A stretch of DNA of 64,000 nt from Candidatus Latescibacterota bacterium (GTDB taxonomy: Bacteria > Latescibacterota > UBA2968 > UBA8231): assembly GCA_965261395.1 (NCBI GenBank), contig OZ253462.1, positions 5,248,001 to 5,312,000 of the forward strand, in the 5' to 3' direction. Of the stretch, positions 51,371 through 60,884 are shown piece by piece. The translations under genes were made by a program, and so were the position numbers. Positions within the stretch are counted from its first letter, which is position 1. Each line of letters opens with the position of its first letter. Under the pieces are notes generated by a model that saw only the letters and a list, made by a program, of their open reading frames with translations, was not told where the DNA came from and ran no database searches.

Positions 51371-52138
51371 TCAACCCGCCCCGTCCGCTCCGGCCTTTTT
51401 CCTCGTTCCTTGGTCCACCGCAAAGCGGAACTCGACGTCGATGGTTTCTTCCGGATTGCCACTGGCGTCAAACGAAAGCACGAATTCGTGGAAGGTGAGC
51501 AGCAACTCGTCGTTTTCCGGCAGCAACGGGTCGAAGACCAACATGCCTTTTTGGCTGCTGTCGCGGAAGATCGGTCGATGGCGGTGAAAGACCGTCTTGT
51601 AGATAATGCCCATGCGCTCCAAGTTGATTTCGCGCTCGTTACCCGAAGTGCCGATCTCCATTTTGTAGTACTTGGTGAAACTGTTGCCCCCCAACACGAC
51701 GGCTCCCTCGCGCCCCGGATCGTAGTAGCGATAGGTCTCGCCGCCCGATTCCATGGTCGCCTTGGCCGGGTCGAATTCGATCTTGGCATAGGTCTTGTTT
51801 ATGACCTCGACTTCAAAAACGGTAAACTGGGGTGGGGTATAGCCCTTTTCGGGATCGATGTCGTCCCGGGTATAGGGATTGACGTGACGACCGTCGTACA
51901 GAGGTGGGAAGCGCTCGTTGAGCTCGGGGTCGCTCAGGTGCCGGATCTTAATCAAAAGCCCCTCTTTGCTAAAGACCATCGAGCTGTCGTCCGGGTCAAT
52001 GGTGTAATCGCCGCGGCCCTCGGGCAGGACGGGCATCACGTGCAGATCGTACTCGAGTTGGGGCGGCACCAGCCCCCCGCAACTCCAGACTAGCCCGAGT
52101 ACCACTACTCCGAGGAGTGCCGCATACCTCGCTCTCAT
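51371..52138 (-). CDS. Hypothetical lipoprotein, paralog of 63185-63964
   Basis: Lipobox VWSC; shares IDP.DSS, YTPP..TVFEV.VIN.T and F.VD.G with 63185-63964. Confidence 0.7.
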   Translation of the reverse strand: MRARYAALLGVVVLGLVWSCGGLVPPQLEYDLHVMPVLPEGRGDYTIDPDDSSMVFSKEGLLIKIRHLSDPELNERFPPLYDGRHVNPYTRDDIDPEKGYTPPQFTVFEVEVINKTYAKIEFDPAKATMESGGETYRYYDPGREGAVVLGGNSFTKYYKMEIGTSGNEREINLERMGIIYKTVFHRHRPIFRDSSQKGMLVFDPLLPENDELLLTFHEFVLSFDASGNPEETIDVEFRFAVDQGTRKKAGADGAG

Positions 52139-52169
52139 AAAATTACAACTCCCTTTTTGCTAGCTGCCG

Positions 52170-52589
52170 TCAATTGGTTGGTTCTTCGGTTTCAATGTCG
52201 ATCTGTCCTATGCCCGCCATGGTAGCCGATTCCATTGCGTCGATGATATGGCCGTGCGCAGCATCGGCGTCCGCGGTGATAATCAGCGTCGATGAGCCGG
52301 TGCGGACCTTTTCGCGCTCTAGCCAGCTCGCTAGCTGCCCCATGGCCACTAGCTGCCCGTTGATCTCGAGCTGGCCCTCGCTCGAGATCCGCAGATTCAG
52401 CTTCTTCTCTGCCTTGAGCTGGTCGTAGTGCACCGAGTCGGGCAGCTCAATCCTGAGCTGAGTGGCCTTGATGAAGACCGTGGTGGTCATAAAGAAGATC
52501 AGCAGCAAGAACACCGCGTCTATCATCGGCGTCAGGTTCAGTTCAAATTCGCCGGCTTTTTCGGCCAGCGACTGTCTCCGTTTAGCCAT
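52170..52589 (-). CDS. exbD: ExbD/TolR family protein
   Basis: LNLTPMIDAVFLLLIFFM and ADADAAHG motifs. Confidence 0.9.
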   Translation of the reverse strand: MAKRRQSLAEKAGEFELNLTPMIDAVFLLLIFFMTTTVFIKATQLRIELPDSVHYDQLKAEKKLNLRISSEGQLEINGQLVAMGQLASWLEREKVRTGSSTLIITADADAAHGHIIDAMESATMAGIGQIDIETEEPTN

Positions 52590-52596
52590 GCCGCTT

Positions 52597-53016
52597 TTAT
52601 CCTTCTCCGCTCTTGGCGAAAGCAATGGCCTCAATGCCCTCGCCGCGGGCGATGTCCATCACCTGCACCACATAGGAGTGAGGCACTGAACGCGCGGACT
52701 CCAAGATCACGTTCTTGGTGTTGTCGGCCTCGATGACTTGACGGATCTTTGCCGCCAAGCGCGCCTTATCCGTGACCTCGCCGTTGACTTGGATCGTCTG
52801 ATCCGGATCAATCACGATGTTCATGTCCTTGGTCGCTCTCGACTCACCCTCGCCGCCCGGCAAATCTACGCTCAGGCCCTTGGGGTTGACGAAAGTAGTC
52901 GCCACCATAAAGAAGACCAACAGCAAGAACATGCAGTTGATAAGCGGAGTCAGATCCGGGTTCTCCGTGGTCTTGAAGGCACTTTTGCCGAATCCGCTCT
53001 GTCGTCTCTGCCGCAT
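52597..53016 (-). CDS. exbD: ExbD/TolR family protein with Asn in place of the conserved transmembrane Asp
   Basis: DLTPLINCMFLLLVFFMV; VVQVMD.ARGEG. Confidence 0.85.
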   Translation of the reverse strand: MRQRRQSGFGKSAFKTTENPDLTPLINCMFLLLVFFMVATTFVNPKGLSVDLPGGEGESRATKDMNIVIDPDQTIQVNGEVTDKARLAAKIRQVIEADNTKNVILESARSVPHSYVVQVMDIARGEGIEAIAFAKSGEG

Positions 53017-53034
53017 TGCAGCGTCTCTTTCTGC

Positions 53035-53709
53035 CTAGCTGGCCTCCCGCTGGCTGGCCTGGAAGCGCACCAACAGGGTATTGGCGAAGGCGTGACAGTA
53101 CAGCTCCACGCTCTTGAAGACCTTTTCCGCGCGACCGGAGAGGTAGCGGTGGAAGACGATAGTCGGAATGGCGACGATGAGGCCACTGGCCGTCGTAATC
53201 AGGGCCTCGGAAATGCCGCTGGCCACGGCCGCCGGATCGCCGGCCCCGGCGCGGGCAATCGCGTCAAAGGCGTTAATCATACCCATGATCGTGCCCAACA
53301 GCCCCATCAGTGGAGAGAGGACGCCAATCGTTCCAAGCGCGTTGAGCAAGCGGCCGAGATACATCTCGCCGGCCTCCTCCGTGGCCAAGATCAATTCCTG
53401 GCGCATGTCCTCTAGGTCCGTGCGATTTTCCAACACTAAGGTGTCGTAGCGCTTGACCAAGGCGGCGAAGACGAAGTTGAGCACGCCGCTGCCCTGCCGG
53501 AATAGTTCGACGGCTCCGCCTTCGCCTTGGCTTCTGAGCACTTCTTCTGCCTCGTTGAGCTGCTGTTCGGCCTCCTGTTCGCCCGGGACCGTCAGCAGGC
53601 GCCACAGCCGTTCTATAATGATGGCTAGAGCGATCAGCAAGCAGAGCAACAGGGGCCACATGATAGGCCCGCCTTTGAAAAATTGGTCAACTAAAAAATT
53701 TTGCTCCAT
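53035..53709 (-). CDS. exbB: MotA/TolQ/ExbB proton channel
   Basis: GGPIMWPL, SPLMGLLGTIMGMI and GISEALITTASGL motifs. Confidence 0.9.
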   Translation of the reverse strand: MEQNFLVDQFFKGGPIMWPLLLCLLIALAIIIERLWRLLTVPGEQEAEQQLNEAEEVLRSQGEGGAVELFRQGSGVLNFVFAALVKRYDTLVLENRTDLEDMRQELILATEEAGEMYLGRLLNALGTIGVLSPLMGLLGTIMGMINAFDAIARAGAGDPAAVASGISEALITTASGLIVAIPTIVFHRYLSGRAEKVFKSVELYCHAFANTLLVRFQASQREAS

Positions 53710-53757
53710 TACAACCTCCCAGTATTGTGTCCTACCTTGCGTTGCGTTGAAAGCTCG

Positions 53758-56700
53758 CTATAGCCGGTTTTCCACGATCCATTCTCGGTGCATCTTGGCA
53801 AAACTGACTACGTCGGCGTTTTCCGGCTTGTCCCCACCCCTTTCTTCCACTACCTGATAGTTTTCCACGGCCTGCGGCCACTGGCGCGCGATTTCATAGG
53901 CCAGCCCTAGGTTGCAGTACGCGGCCAATTCGGTATAGGTGCCGGGGTACTCGCGAATAATCTCCTGTAGGGCTAGCACAGCCCGGTCGTATTCTTTGGC
54001 TTCAAAGAGCTTCATAGCCTCATTGTAGCTAAAGCTGGCTTGGATCTCGCTTAGCTCTCCCACCAAGGCTGTGGCCCTCGACGCCTCCTCGGAGTCTGGA
54101 TATCGCTCGAGCACTCGCTTGTAGGCCGCCATGGCCTCGTCATAAGACTGGATATTGTAGTAGTAGTCGCCGATGGTAAACTGCGCTTTCGGAGCGAACT
54201 CGCTATTAGGGTAATTGGCGACTAGGTCTTGCATCGCGCCTACTGCTTGCTCCATCTGCTCTTGTTCGACGAAGGACCAAGCCAACGCGTACTGCGCCGA
54301 TCCGCCGTATCGGCCTTGGGGATATTTGGCCAAGAGTGCTTGGTATGCCGGCACAGCCTCGGCAAAGGCCTGCTCGTTGTAGTGGTTTTCGCCAATGAGG
54401 AAAAGCGCTTCTTCCTCGTATTGGGACTGGAGATAGCGCTCGACGAGCGCGGCAAAAGCGGCCGCAGCCTCCTTGAACTGGGTCAGGGCCTGGAGGCTGT
54501 GGGCTAGATAGTACTGGCCGTGAATGCGGTTGGCATTGCGCGGATATTTGTCGACAAAGGCCCTGAAGCTCTTGGCGGCGGTGGCATAGTCGCCGTAGCT
54601 GATTTCGGCAAAGCCCTTGGAGAAGGCCAAGTTGCCACTCTCGCCCGAATTCGGATAGCGCTTGAGACCTTGGGCGAAGATGCGGGCGGCTTCCTCGTAT
54701 TTCTGCTGCTGCAGCAGCGCGTTGCCGATGATGGAATAGGCGCGTTCTTTGCGGTAATAACCAGCTTGATTGTCGTCTTCAAACTGCATCTCGAGGAGCT
54801 GGCGAGCGAAGTTCTCGGCTTGGACGAAGTCCTGCTGATCGTAGTACAGCTCGGTCAGCAGCATGCTAAAGGTGGCCTGCTCCTGGAGGTCGTCCGACGC
54901 GGCGATGAGCTCTCGGTAGTAGCTGGCCGCCTCTTCTTGCCGCCCCAAGCGAATCATACCAGCCCCCAGCGTGCGGAAGGCGCTGTCCTTTATCTGGGGC
55001 GCGGGATCGCTTTCGAGCAGGGCCTTCATATCCTCCAGCGATGTCTCATAGCTTATGCGGGCCTTGGCCGTGTCGCCGACGGCGTCTTGCTGTTTGGCGA
55101 CCTCGTAGTACGCACCGCCGCGGGCCAGCAGCGAATTTTGCAGGATGTGCACGGGCGGATTCAGCGCAATGGCCTGACCCCAAGAGTCAATCGCACCCGC
55201 GAGATTGTCCTCGGCGAAATGCACCCGAGCCAAGGTGTAGTGCATCTGGCCTCTTAGGGTGTCGTCGTCGGCTCGATCCAAGGCGCGAGATAGGGCCTTG
55301 CGCGCCTTTTCGTACTCTTGTTTGCCCATGTAGAACTCGGCCAACTCGACCTGCACAGTCGGCCACTTGTCCCAATCCGCTTCCACCATCTCATAGGCGG
55401 CGATGGCGCTGTCTTGATCCTGGAGGCGCTTGTAGGTAAGGCCCAGCTCCATCCGCGTCGTATTGCGCAGTTCCGAATCCGGAAAGCGGTCAAGGAAGGA
55501 CGTATAGATCTCCTCGGCCCGTTTGAGATCGGATGCAGCATAGGCTATGCGGGCCAACTGCAAAAGGCCGTTGGGGGCCGCCGGATGGTCCGCATACTCA
55601 TCGACTAATCGCTGGTACAGCGGCTGAGCCGCTTCGTTTTTCTTTAGGAGTTGATTGGCAAAGCCGGCGTTAAAAAGCACATCCGGTATCAGGGAATTGT
55701 CCTCGTGCTGGGTCAAGAGCTGATCGTAGCCCTTGAGCGCCTCGGCGATTTCCGCGTTCGCTCTAGCCGGGTCCTCGCTGCGGACCTGCCGCCCATATTC
55801 TTGGTGGCACTGGGCAATGCGAAAGAGAACCTTGTAGCGGTCAAAGCCAATGCGCTGGGCCACATCGCCGTAGGCATTGAGGTAGATCTCGTATTCTTGT
55901 GCCGACTTGAGGTACTCGTCTTGGTCGAAAAGCATCAGGGCAACCGTTAGCTGTGTGCGAGCCTGAAAGAGCTTGTCCTCGACCTTTTCGATGGCGTCCT
56001 TGTACGCGGCGATGGCCGCTGTCGTGCCCTGTTCCTTCTGCACCAACTCGGCGGTGCGGATATAGCTGTTTTGCACCAAGACCGGCTCAGCCACGTATTC
56101 GGCCGGGAGTACGGCATAGGCGGCGAGGGCCTTGGCGACCTCGCCGTTGAGTGCGTAGATATCGCCCTTTTTCAGGTGGGCCTTGGCGACTAGCTCGCGC
56201 GCAGTCTCCTTGACCAAACCCTTGAGCTTGAGGGTGGCCATCTCGATGATTTCTTCCTCGGTCATCTGCGCGAAGTCGTAGCGGGCGATGAGGCGGTCGA
56301 GGTAACTCAGCGCATCTTCGTACTGCCCGAGCTTGTCGTAGCTCTCGGCAATCTGGAAGAGCGAGCGATCGGCGTTGGAGCCTCTCGGGGCCAAGACCAA
56401 CACCTGCTTGAAGCTGGCGATGGCCTCCTCATAGCGCTCCAATTCAAAATAGGACCACGCTCGGTCGTAGTGAACGGACGCCTCGTAGAGGCTGTGGGGG
56501 AAGCTGTGCAGCAGCGCGTCCCCCTCCTCAATGACCTGATCGTACTCCTTGAGTTGGTAACTCGTCTGGATCATCTGGTACTGCGCCATCACTCGAGTGC
56601 GGTCATCGACGCGCTCGTCCGCGGCTAGGCTGCGGAAGTGGTCGCGGCTCTTGTTGAGATCTTGCAGCGCCTCCTCGTAGCGAGCGTCGGCCTCGGTCTC

Positions 56701-57030
56701 CTTTTGCTCTGAGCGCAAAAACTGCGAGCGCTGCAATTTTTCGAGACCCAGCTTGTTGTAGGTATTGCCTAGCTGATAGGTGGCACCCACGCGCACCGGC
56801 AGGATGAACTCGTCAACCGCTACGGTTACATCCTCCACGCTGATCATGGAGTTGCTCTCGGTGGAGAGAATAACCTCATAGCGCTCAATAGCTTTGTCAT
56901 AGGCCCCGAGCGCATAGAGCTTCTGACCTTCCTCAAAGCGGTCTTGCAATTCCACCGGCGAGAAGAAGCGCGTACTCAGGCTGGCGGCCACGCCGACCGC
57001 TGCGACCAGCAGCAGATTTACCAGAATCAT
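53758..57030 (-). CDS. Large tetratricopeptide-repeat periplasmic protein (YbgF/BamD-like repeats)
   Basis: N-terminal hydrophobic segment; many A...Y......YP.S....A.F.IG repeats. Confidence 0.85.
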   Translation of the reverse strand: MILVNLLLVAAVGVAASLSTRFFSPVELQDRFEEGQKLYALGAYDKAIERYEVILSTESNSMISVEDVTVAVDEFILPVRVGATYQLGNTYNKLGLEKLQRSQFLRSEQKETEADARYEEALQDLNKSRDHFRSLAADERVDDRTRVMAQYQMIQTSYQLKEYDQVIEEGDALLHSFPHSLYEASVHYDRAWSYFELERYEEAIASFKQVLVLAPRGSNADRSLFQIAESYDKLGQYEDALSYLDRLIARYDFAQMTEEEIIEMATLKLKGLVKETARELVAKAHLKKGDIYALNGEVAKALAAYAVLPAEYVAEPVLVQNSYIRTAELVQKEQGTTAAIAAYKDAIEKVEDKLFQARTQLTVALMLFDQDEYLKSAQEYEIYLNAYGDVAQRIGFDRYKVLFRIAQCHQEYGRQVRSEDPARANAEIAEALKGYDQLLTQHEDNSLIPDVLFNAGFANQLLKKNEAAQPLYQRLVDEYADHPAAPNGLLQLARIAYAASDLKRAEEIYTSFLDRFPDSELRNTTRMELGLTYKRLQDQDSAIAAYEMVEADWDKWPTVQVELAEFYMGKQEYEKARKALSRALDRADDDTLRGQMHYTLARVHFAEDNLAGAIDSWGQAIALNPPVHILQNSLLARGGAYYEVAKQQDAVGDTAKARISYETSLEDMKALLESDPAPQIKDSAFRTLGAGMIRLGRQEEAASYYRELIAASDDLQEQATFSMLLTELYYDQQDFVQAENFARQLLEMQFEDDNQAGYYRKERAYSIIGNALLQQQKYEEAARIFAQGLKRYPNSGESGNLAFSKGFAEISYGDYATAAKSFRAFVDKYPRNANRIHGQYYLAHSLQALTQFKEAAAAFAALVERYLQSQYEEEALFLIGENHYNEQAFAEAVPAYQALLAKYPQGRYGGSAQYALAWSFVEQEQMEQAVGAMQDLVANYPNSEFAPKAQFTIGDYYYNIQSYDEAMAAYKRVLERYPDSEEASRATALVGELSEIQASFSYNEAMKLFEAKEYDRAVLALQEIIREYPGTYTELAAYCNLGLAYEIARQWPQAVENYQVVEERGGDKPENADVVSFAKMHREWIVENRL

Positions 57031-57047
57031 GGTGTCAGTCTCCTAGC

Positions 57048-59972
57048 CTAGAACCCGGCCACGATATCAAAGAAGAGGCGCGCGTTGTCAAAGCTATCGG
57101 AAGCGCGCGTGGCATCGTCGTACTCCCGGCTACTTTTGATAAAGCCGAACTGGGAGGCGAGGTTGTAGCCGTAGTGATCTGAGCGGTTGCTCATCATCAG
57201 CACTAGCGTCCACTCCTTAAAGTTATTGTTGTTATCTTTCAGGTCTATATAGGTGTGCCGCCAAAAAGGGAGGCCCTGAAATCCCAGTTGCAGATTGGAC
57301 TTGGCCGTCAGGTCGAAGCGGGTCCTGACAATCGGTGCGTAAATCGAGTACGACTCAATGATGCCGTTGTCTTCGTCCCCCGCGTCTTCGAGTACACTCC
57401 AATGCTCGCGCAACAACAGGTGCTTGAACATCGGGCGGATGTTCAGGTTGCCGGCGTTGATCGTATAGTCGAGCCGGTTGACCATCGTAAAGGTCGAGAG
57501 CACACCCGCTTCCTGTTGGGTGCCGTCGTCGAACTCGTCCTCAGCTTGGCTGTTGCGGATCCACTGGACGTTGTTGATGACGTTGAGGTTGGAAAACTGC
57601 CTAAAGGTCGAACTGATGAACAGGGTATTGACCAAACTATTGCGCATGTTCAGCGGATCGACATCCGGCGGAAAAATCTGCGAATTGAGATCCCGAGCCT
57701 CAATCATTGGACCTTTCAAGTGCGGGACGGGACTGGGTATCCGCTGGGAAAAACCCACGTCTTCCCAGATGTACACGTCGTCGCGGATGTCGTCTTGGAC
57801 CTGCTTGATGTCCTCGTTGATGCGAATTTTCCCCAGATAGGGCGAGATAAAGTTGTGCTCGTAGCGGGCGTACATGGCCTTGGCTTCGCCGCCGCCGGTC
57901 GGCTCCTTCATGGTGTAATAGCCGACAGAAGCCCATTTGCCCCAGCGCCCCAAGCCTTTCTTGGTGGCCACCAAATGGACCCCTTGGCGGTCCCGTGGGT
58001 AGGGATAGTCAGGCAGCGCGTCGTTTTCGCGGTAATCGACTATGCCGTTGTTGTTGAAGTCGATGCCGTAGATGAAATCCGGCGGATCGGCGTCGTAAAA
58101 GAGAATCGGCTCGGTCCAGTCGGGAATGCCGTTGAAATTCTGGTCGCTGTCCGGGATTAGGTCGTTGTTTTCGTCCAGTCCAGGGAAAATGCCCGAATCC
58201 GACTTCTCCGAACTGGGCAGTTCGTTGAGCATCTCGTCTGGCCATTGGTCGTTGTCGTCGTTATCGGTCATCACGGACATTTCCTGCATCTGTGGACACA
58301 CGAAGCAATCGTCGCTGAAGAAGGCCACGCCGCCGCGATCGCTATCGTAGTTGCCGCTGTAGTCCGAGTCTAGGTTGAAAATTTCGCCACCGATCTCGAT
58401 CGGGCCTACTTCCTTTTCGGCCGTGAGGAAATAGCCGAGGGCCTGCTTGCCAAAGCGCTTGCCGGCATTGCTGCCCACCGGGAAGAGGAAGTATTGGGGA
58501 TTGGCGACCAATTCGCCCTTTAATTTTAGCCCTTTGAGGCTTAAGTCCCAGTCCAACCCATAGAGCGCCTGACCGGTGGGGATGCCATAATCAAACTCGA
58601 CCACCTTGCGGCCCGAGTCACTGCCTACGGAGCGCAGGACCGTATAGCCTACCCGGGTCGGATCGAGCAGATCCCACTTGTATTGCAAAAACGGCTGAGC
58701 CTGGGTAGTGAACGGATCGGGCACCACCGGCCACTGATTGAAGGCGTCGGGATTTTCTACCAGCACATCTTCGAGCGGTTTGATTGCGTCGTCAGCTCTC
58801 AGCCCGGTAAAAGGATTGACGTACCGGCTGCCACCCGGAGCGTAGTTGTCGTTCCCTTCGGCCACTTCGTCCACGTTCTTTTGGTGGGCCCGCTGATCGA
58901 AGAACAAGTGCTGTTGGCGCACCAAAATGCGATAGTCGCCCTCGACATCGGCCAAGAAGCGCACGGACTTCATCGTCAGCCCCGGAGCAAGTTCGTTGGG
59001 ATCTGCGGAGTACCCCGCGTCATCCGGCAGGTTGAATTGCGGCATTTGGAAGCGGAAGACCACTTGGTCGCCGCCGGCTATGGTCAGCCCGCCCTCGGCC
59101 CCGCCAACCGGATCAATCATCTTCAGGCTCGAGTCGTACTCGGGATCGCCTTCAATGCTGGTCAGGCGCACCCGCTGCCCCTGCGACTCGCCGATGATCA
59201 CCACATCTACGTCATAGACGGTGGCCGGCCGGCCTATATCGTCGGGCGAATCGTCTTCGACAATGACTTCGATAAAAGAGGGCGGCAGCATGCTGTAGGG
59301 AGTATCTCCCTTGAGAAAGGAGCCATTCTCGTCGGCGGTATTGGCCATGTGCTGATTGAAGTACGTGGCGCCCATGCGCAGCACATTGCCCAGCTTGGTC
59401 TCCCAGTGGCCGCCAAAGATCAACACCGGCGAGGTCTCCCTAGTCGCTTTGAAGGTCGAAAACTTGGCGGCGTTCAACAGGTCGCCGCCTTGGCTCAGCA
59501 TCAGGGTAAACTTGTTGTCCGAGGAAGCGCCGTCGAGTAGAATGCCAAAGAAGCGCGGGTCGCTAAAGGTCAGGTCTGAAAACTTGGCGCGGATATCCTC
59601 ACCTAAGGTCACTCGGTAATTCCAGCCCTTGTACGAGTCGTTGAGCATCACCAAGTTGGCGAACCACCCTAAGTACTGGGCCGTGCGGGTGTTGATATTA
59701 CTTTCTCCAGGGCGGGAAAACTCCCAAGTAAAGACATTGAACCCGCGCGACAGGTAATTGCCTAAGCGGTCGTAGCGATTGCGTGCGTTGATCACCGAAG
59801 GATAGGGATCGTACTCCTTGCGCCCGTAGTTCAAATAAGGTTCGGGATGGCCGAGGTTGAGGAAATCCCGGTTGCGCAGAAAGGTCTGCGCTTCGGCTTC
59901 GGCGCCCAGCATACCCAACCCAACAAACGCTAGTAGCGCGGTCCTCACCAGGCTTTTTCTCGCATTACTCAT
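57048..59972 (-). CDS. Large exported protein, probably outer-membrane, with acidic DxNxDG-type Ca-binding motifs
   Basis: Signal peptide AEA-Q; DNDDNDQWPD, DENNDLIPD, DQNFNGIPD and DFNNNGIVD; C-terminal beta-signal-like RLFFDIVAGF. Confidence 0.6.
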   Translation of the reverse strand: MSNARKSLVRTALLAFVGLGMLGAEAEAQTFLRNRDFLNLGHPEPYLNYGRKEYDPYPSVINARNRYDRLGNYLSRGFNVFTWEFSRPGESNINTRTAQYLGWFANLVMLNDSYKGWNYRVTLGEDIRAKFSDLTFSDPRFFGILLDGASSDNKFTLMLSQGGDLLNAAKFSTFKATRETSPVLIFGGHWETKLGNVLRMGATYFNQHMANTADENGSFLKGDTPYSMLPPSFIEVIVEDDSPDDIGRPATVYDVDVVIIGESQGQRVRLTSIEGDPEYDSSLKMIDPVGGAEGGLTIAGGDQVVFRFQMPQFNLPDDAGYSADPNELAPGLTMKSVRFLADVEGDYRILVRQQHLFFDQRAHQKNVDEVAEGNDNYAPGGSRYVNPFTGLRADDAIKPLEDVLVENPDAFNQWPVVPDPFTTQAQPFLQYKWDLLDPTRVGYTVLRSVGSDSGRKVVEFDYGIPTGQALYGLDWDLSLKGLKLKGELVANPQYFLFPVGSNAGKRFGKQALGYFLTAEKEVGPIEIGGEIFNLDSDYSGNYDSDRGGVAFFSDDCFVCPQMQEMSVMTDNDDNDQWPDEMLNELPSSEKSDSGIFPGLDENNDLIPDSDQNFNGIPDWTEPILFYDADPPDFIYGIDFNNNGIVDYRENDALPDYPYPRDRQGVHLVATKKGLGRWGKWASVGYYTMKEPTGGGEAKAMYARYEHNFISPYLGKIRINEDIKQVQDDIRDDVYIWEDVGFSQRIPSPVPHLKGPMIEARDLNSQIFPPDVDPLNMRNSLVNTLFISSTFRQFSNLNVINNVQWIRNSQAEDEFDDGTQQEAGVLSTFTMVNRLDYTINAGNLNIRPMFKHLLLREHWSVLEDAGDEDNGIIESYSIYAPIVRTRFDLTAKSNLQLGFQGLPFWRHTYIDLKDNNNNFKEWTLVLMMSNRSDHYGYNLASQFGFIKSSREYDDATRASDSFDNARLFFDIVAGF

Positions 59973-60023
59973 GGCAGCTATCCTCATTCAGTATAGAGAT
60001 TCCGTCTTCAGTCGCATTCCAAC

Positions 60024-60884
60024 TCAGCGCTGGCGATAACCAACGCTGAACCGATGTACACCTCCATAGCCGGAGAGGTGTAGCGGGTAGGAATAAGCAT
60101 AATCGAAATGCCATTGCTTATAGTTGTGGCCAAGGCCCACATTGAACTCTCTGTTGTCAAAACCTGTACCAACCGCCGCCCCGCCCATGCGGAACCGAGC
60201 GCCGTTGAGACTCACCGTCCGCGTCTCGAAACCCACTCTGAACTCGGTTTGCCCATCGCGGCGCTCAATGTCGAGTAGGACTTCCCGCCCCGTCAAGTTG
60301 AGCAAGGCCGCTGCGACCACGGCCGGCTTTTCTTTGCCTGCAGCTTGGCCACCCGCTGCGATATTCGCGCCGTTTAAGCCTTTGGCGACCAACCCCAAGC
60401 GCAGGTACGCTCGCGGGTGAATGAAACCCACTTCCCAAGTCGCCCCTACATCGAGGTGCCAAGCCCGGTGCGACAGATCGCCAGCTTTCCAAGCGCTGGT
60501 GCGCAAGCCGCCGCCTAAGGCGAATCGCTCGTTCAACGGCCGGCCATAGCCCAAGGCAATTACTTCTTCGCGCCAGCCATCGGCACCGAGAAACGAAAGG
60601 CCCAGTTGCAAACCGCCGCCCCGCAAGGGGCCGGTTACCGACAAACCGTTTAAGGCTGGGCTTTGGTCCAACCCGGGATAGAGCAACGCGTGCGTCGTGC
60701 CTGCCTGCCATTTTTGCTGCTGGGCATTGCCGGCCGGATTGTACCAAACGGCCTCAGCCGTCTGAATACTGGCGGCGAAAGCCCCGCCCAACGCCGTGCT
60801 CTGGGCCCCCTGTGCCGCAAATTCAAAAGCAGCACCAACCGGGGAGACGAGAGCCAGCAATAGGACGCTAGTACGCCACCACAA
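60024..60884 (-). CDS. PorV/FadL-like outer-membrane beta-barrel
   Basis: GAQSTALGGAF...WYNPAG at the N-terminus; DYAYSYP...HRFSVGY at the C-terminus. Confidence 0.7.
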   Translation of the reverse strand: MWWRTSVLLLALVSPVGAAFEFAAQGAQSTALGGAFAASIQTAEAVWYNPAGNAQQQKWQAGTTHALLYPGLDQSPALNGLSVTGPLRGGGLQLGLSFLGADGWREEVIALGYGRPLNERFALGGGLRTSAWKAGDLSHRAWHLDVGATWEVGFIHPRAYLRLGLVAKGLNGANIAAGGQAAGKEKPAVVAAALLNLTGREVLLDIERRDGQTEFRVGFETRTVSLNGARFRMGGAAVGTGFDNREFNVGLGHNYKQWHFDYAYSYPLHLSGYGGVHRFSVGYRQR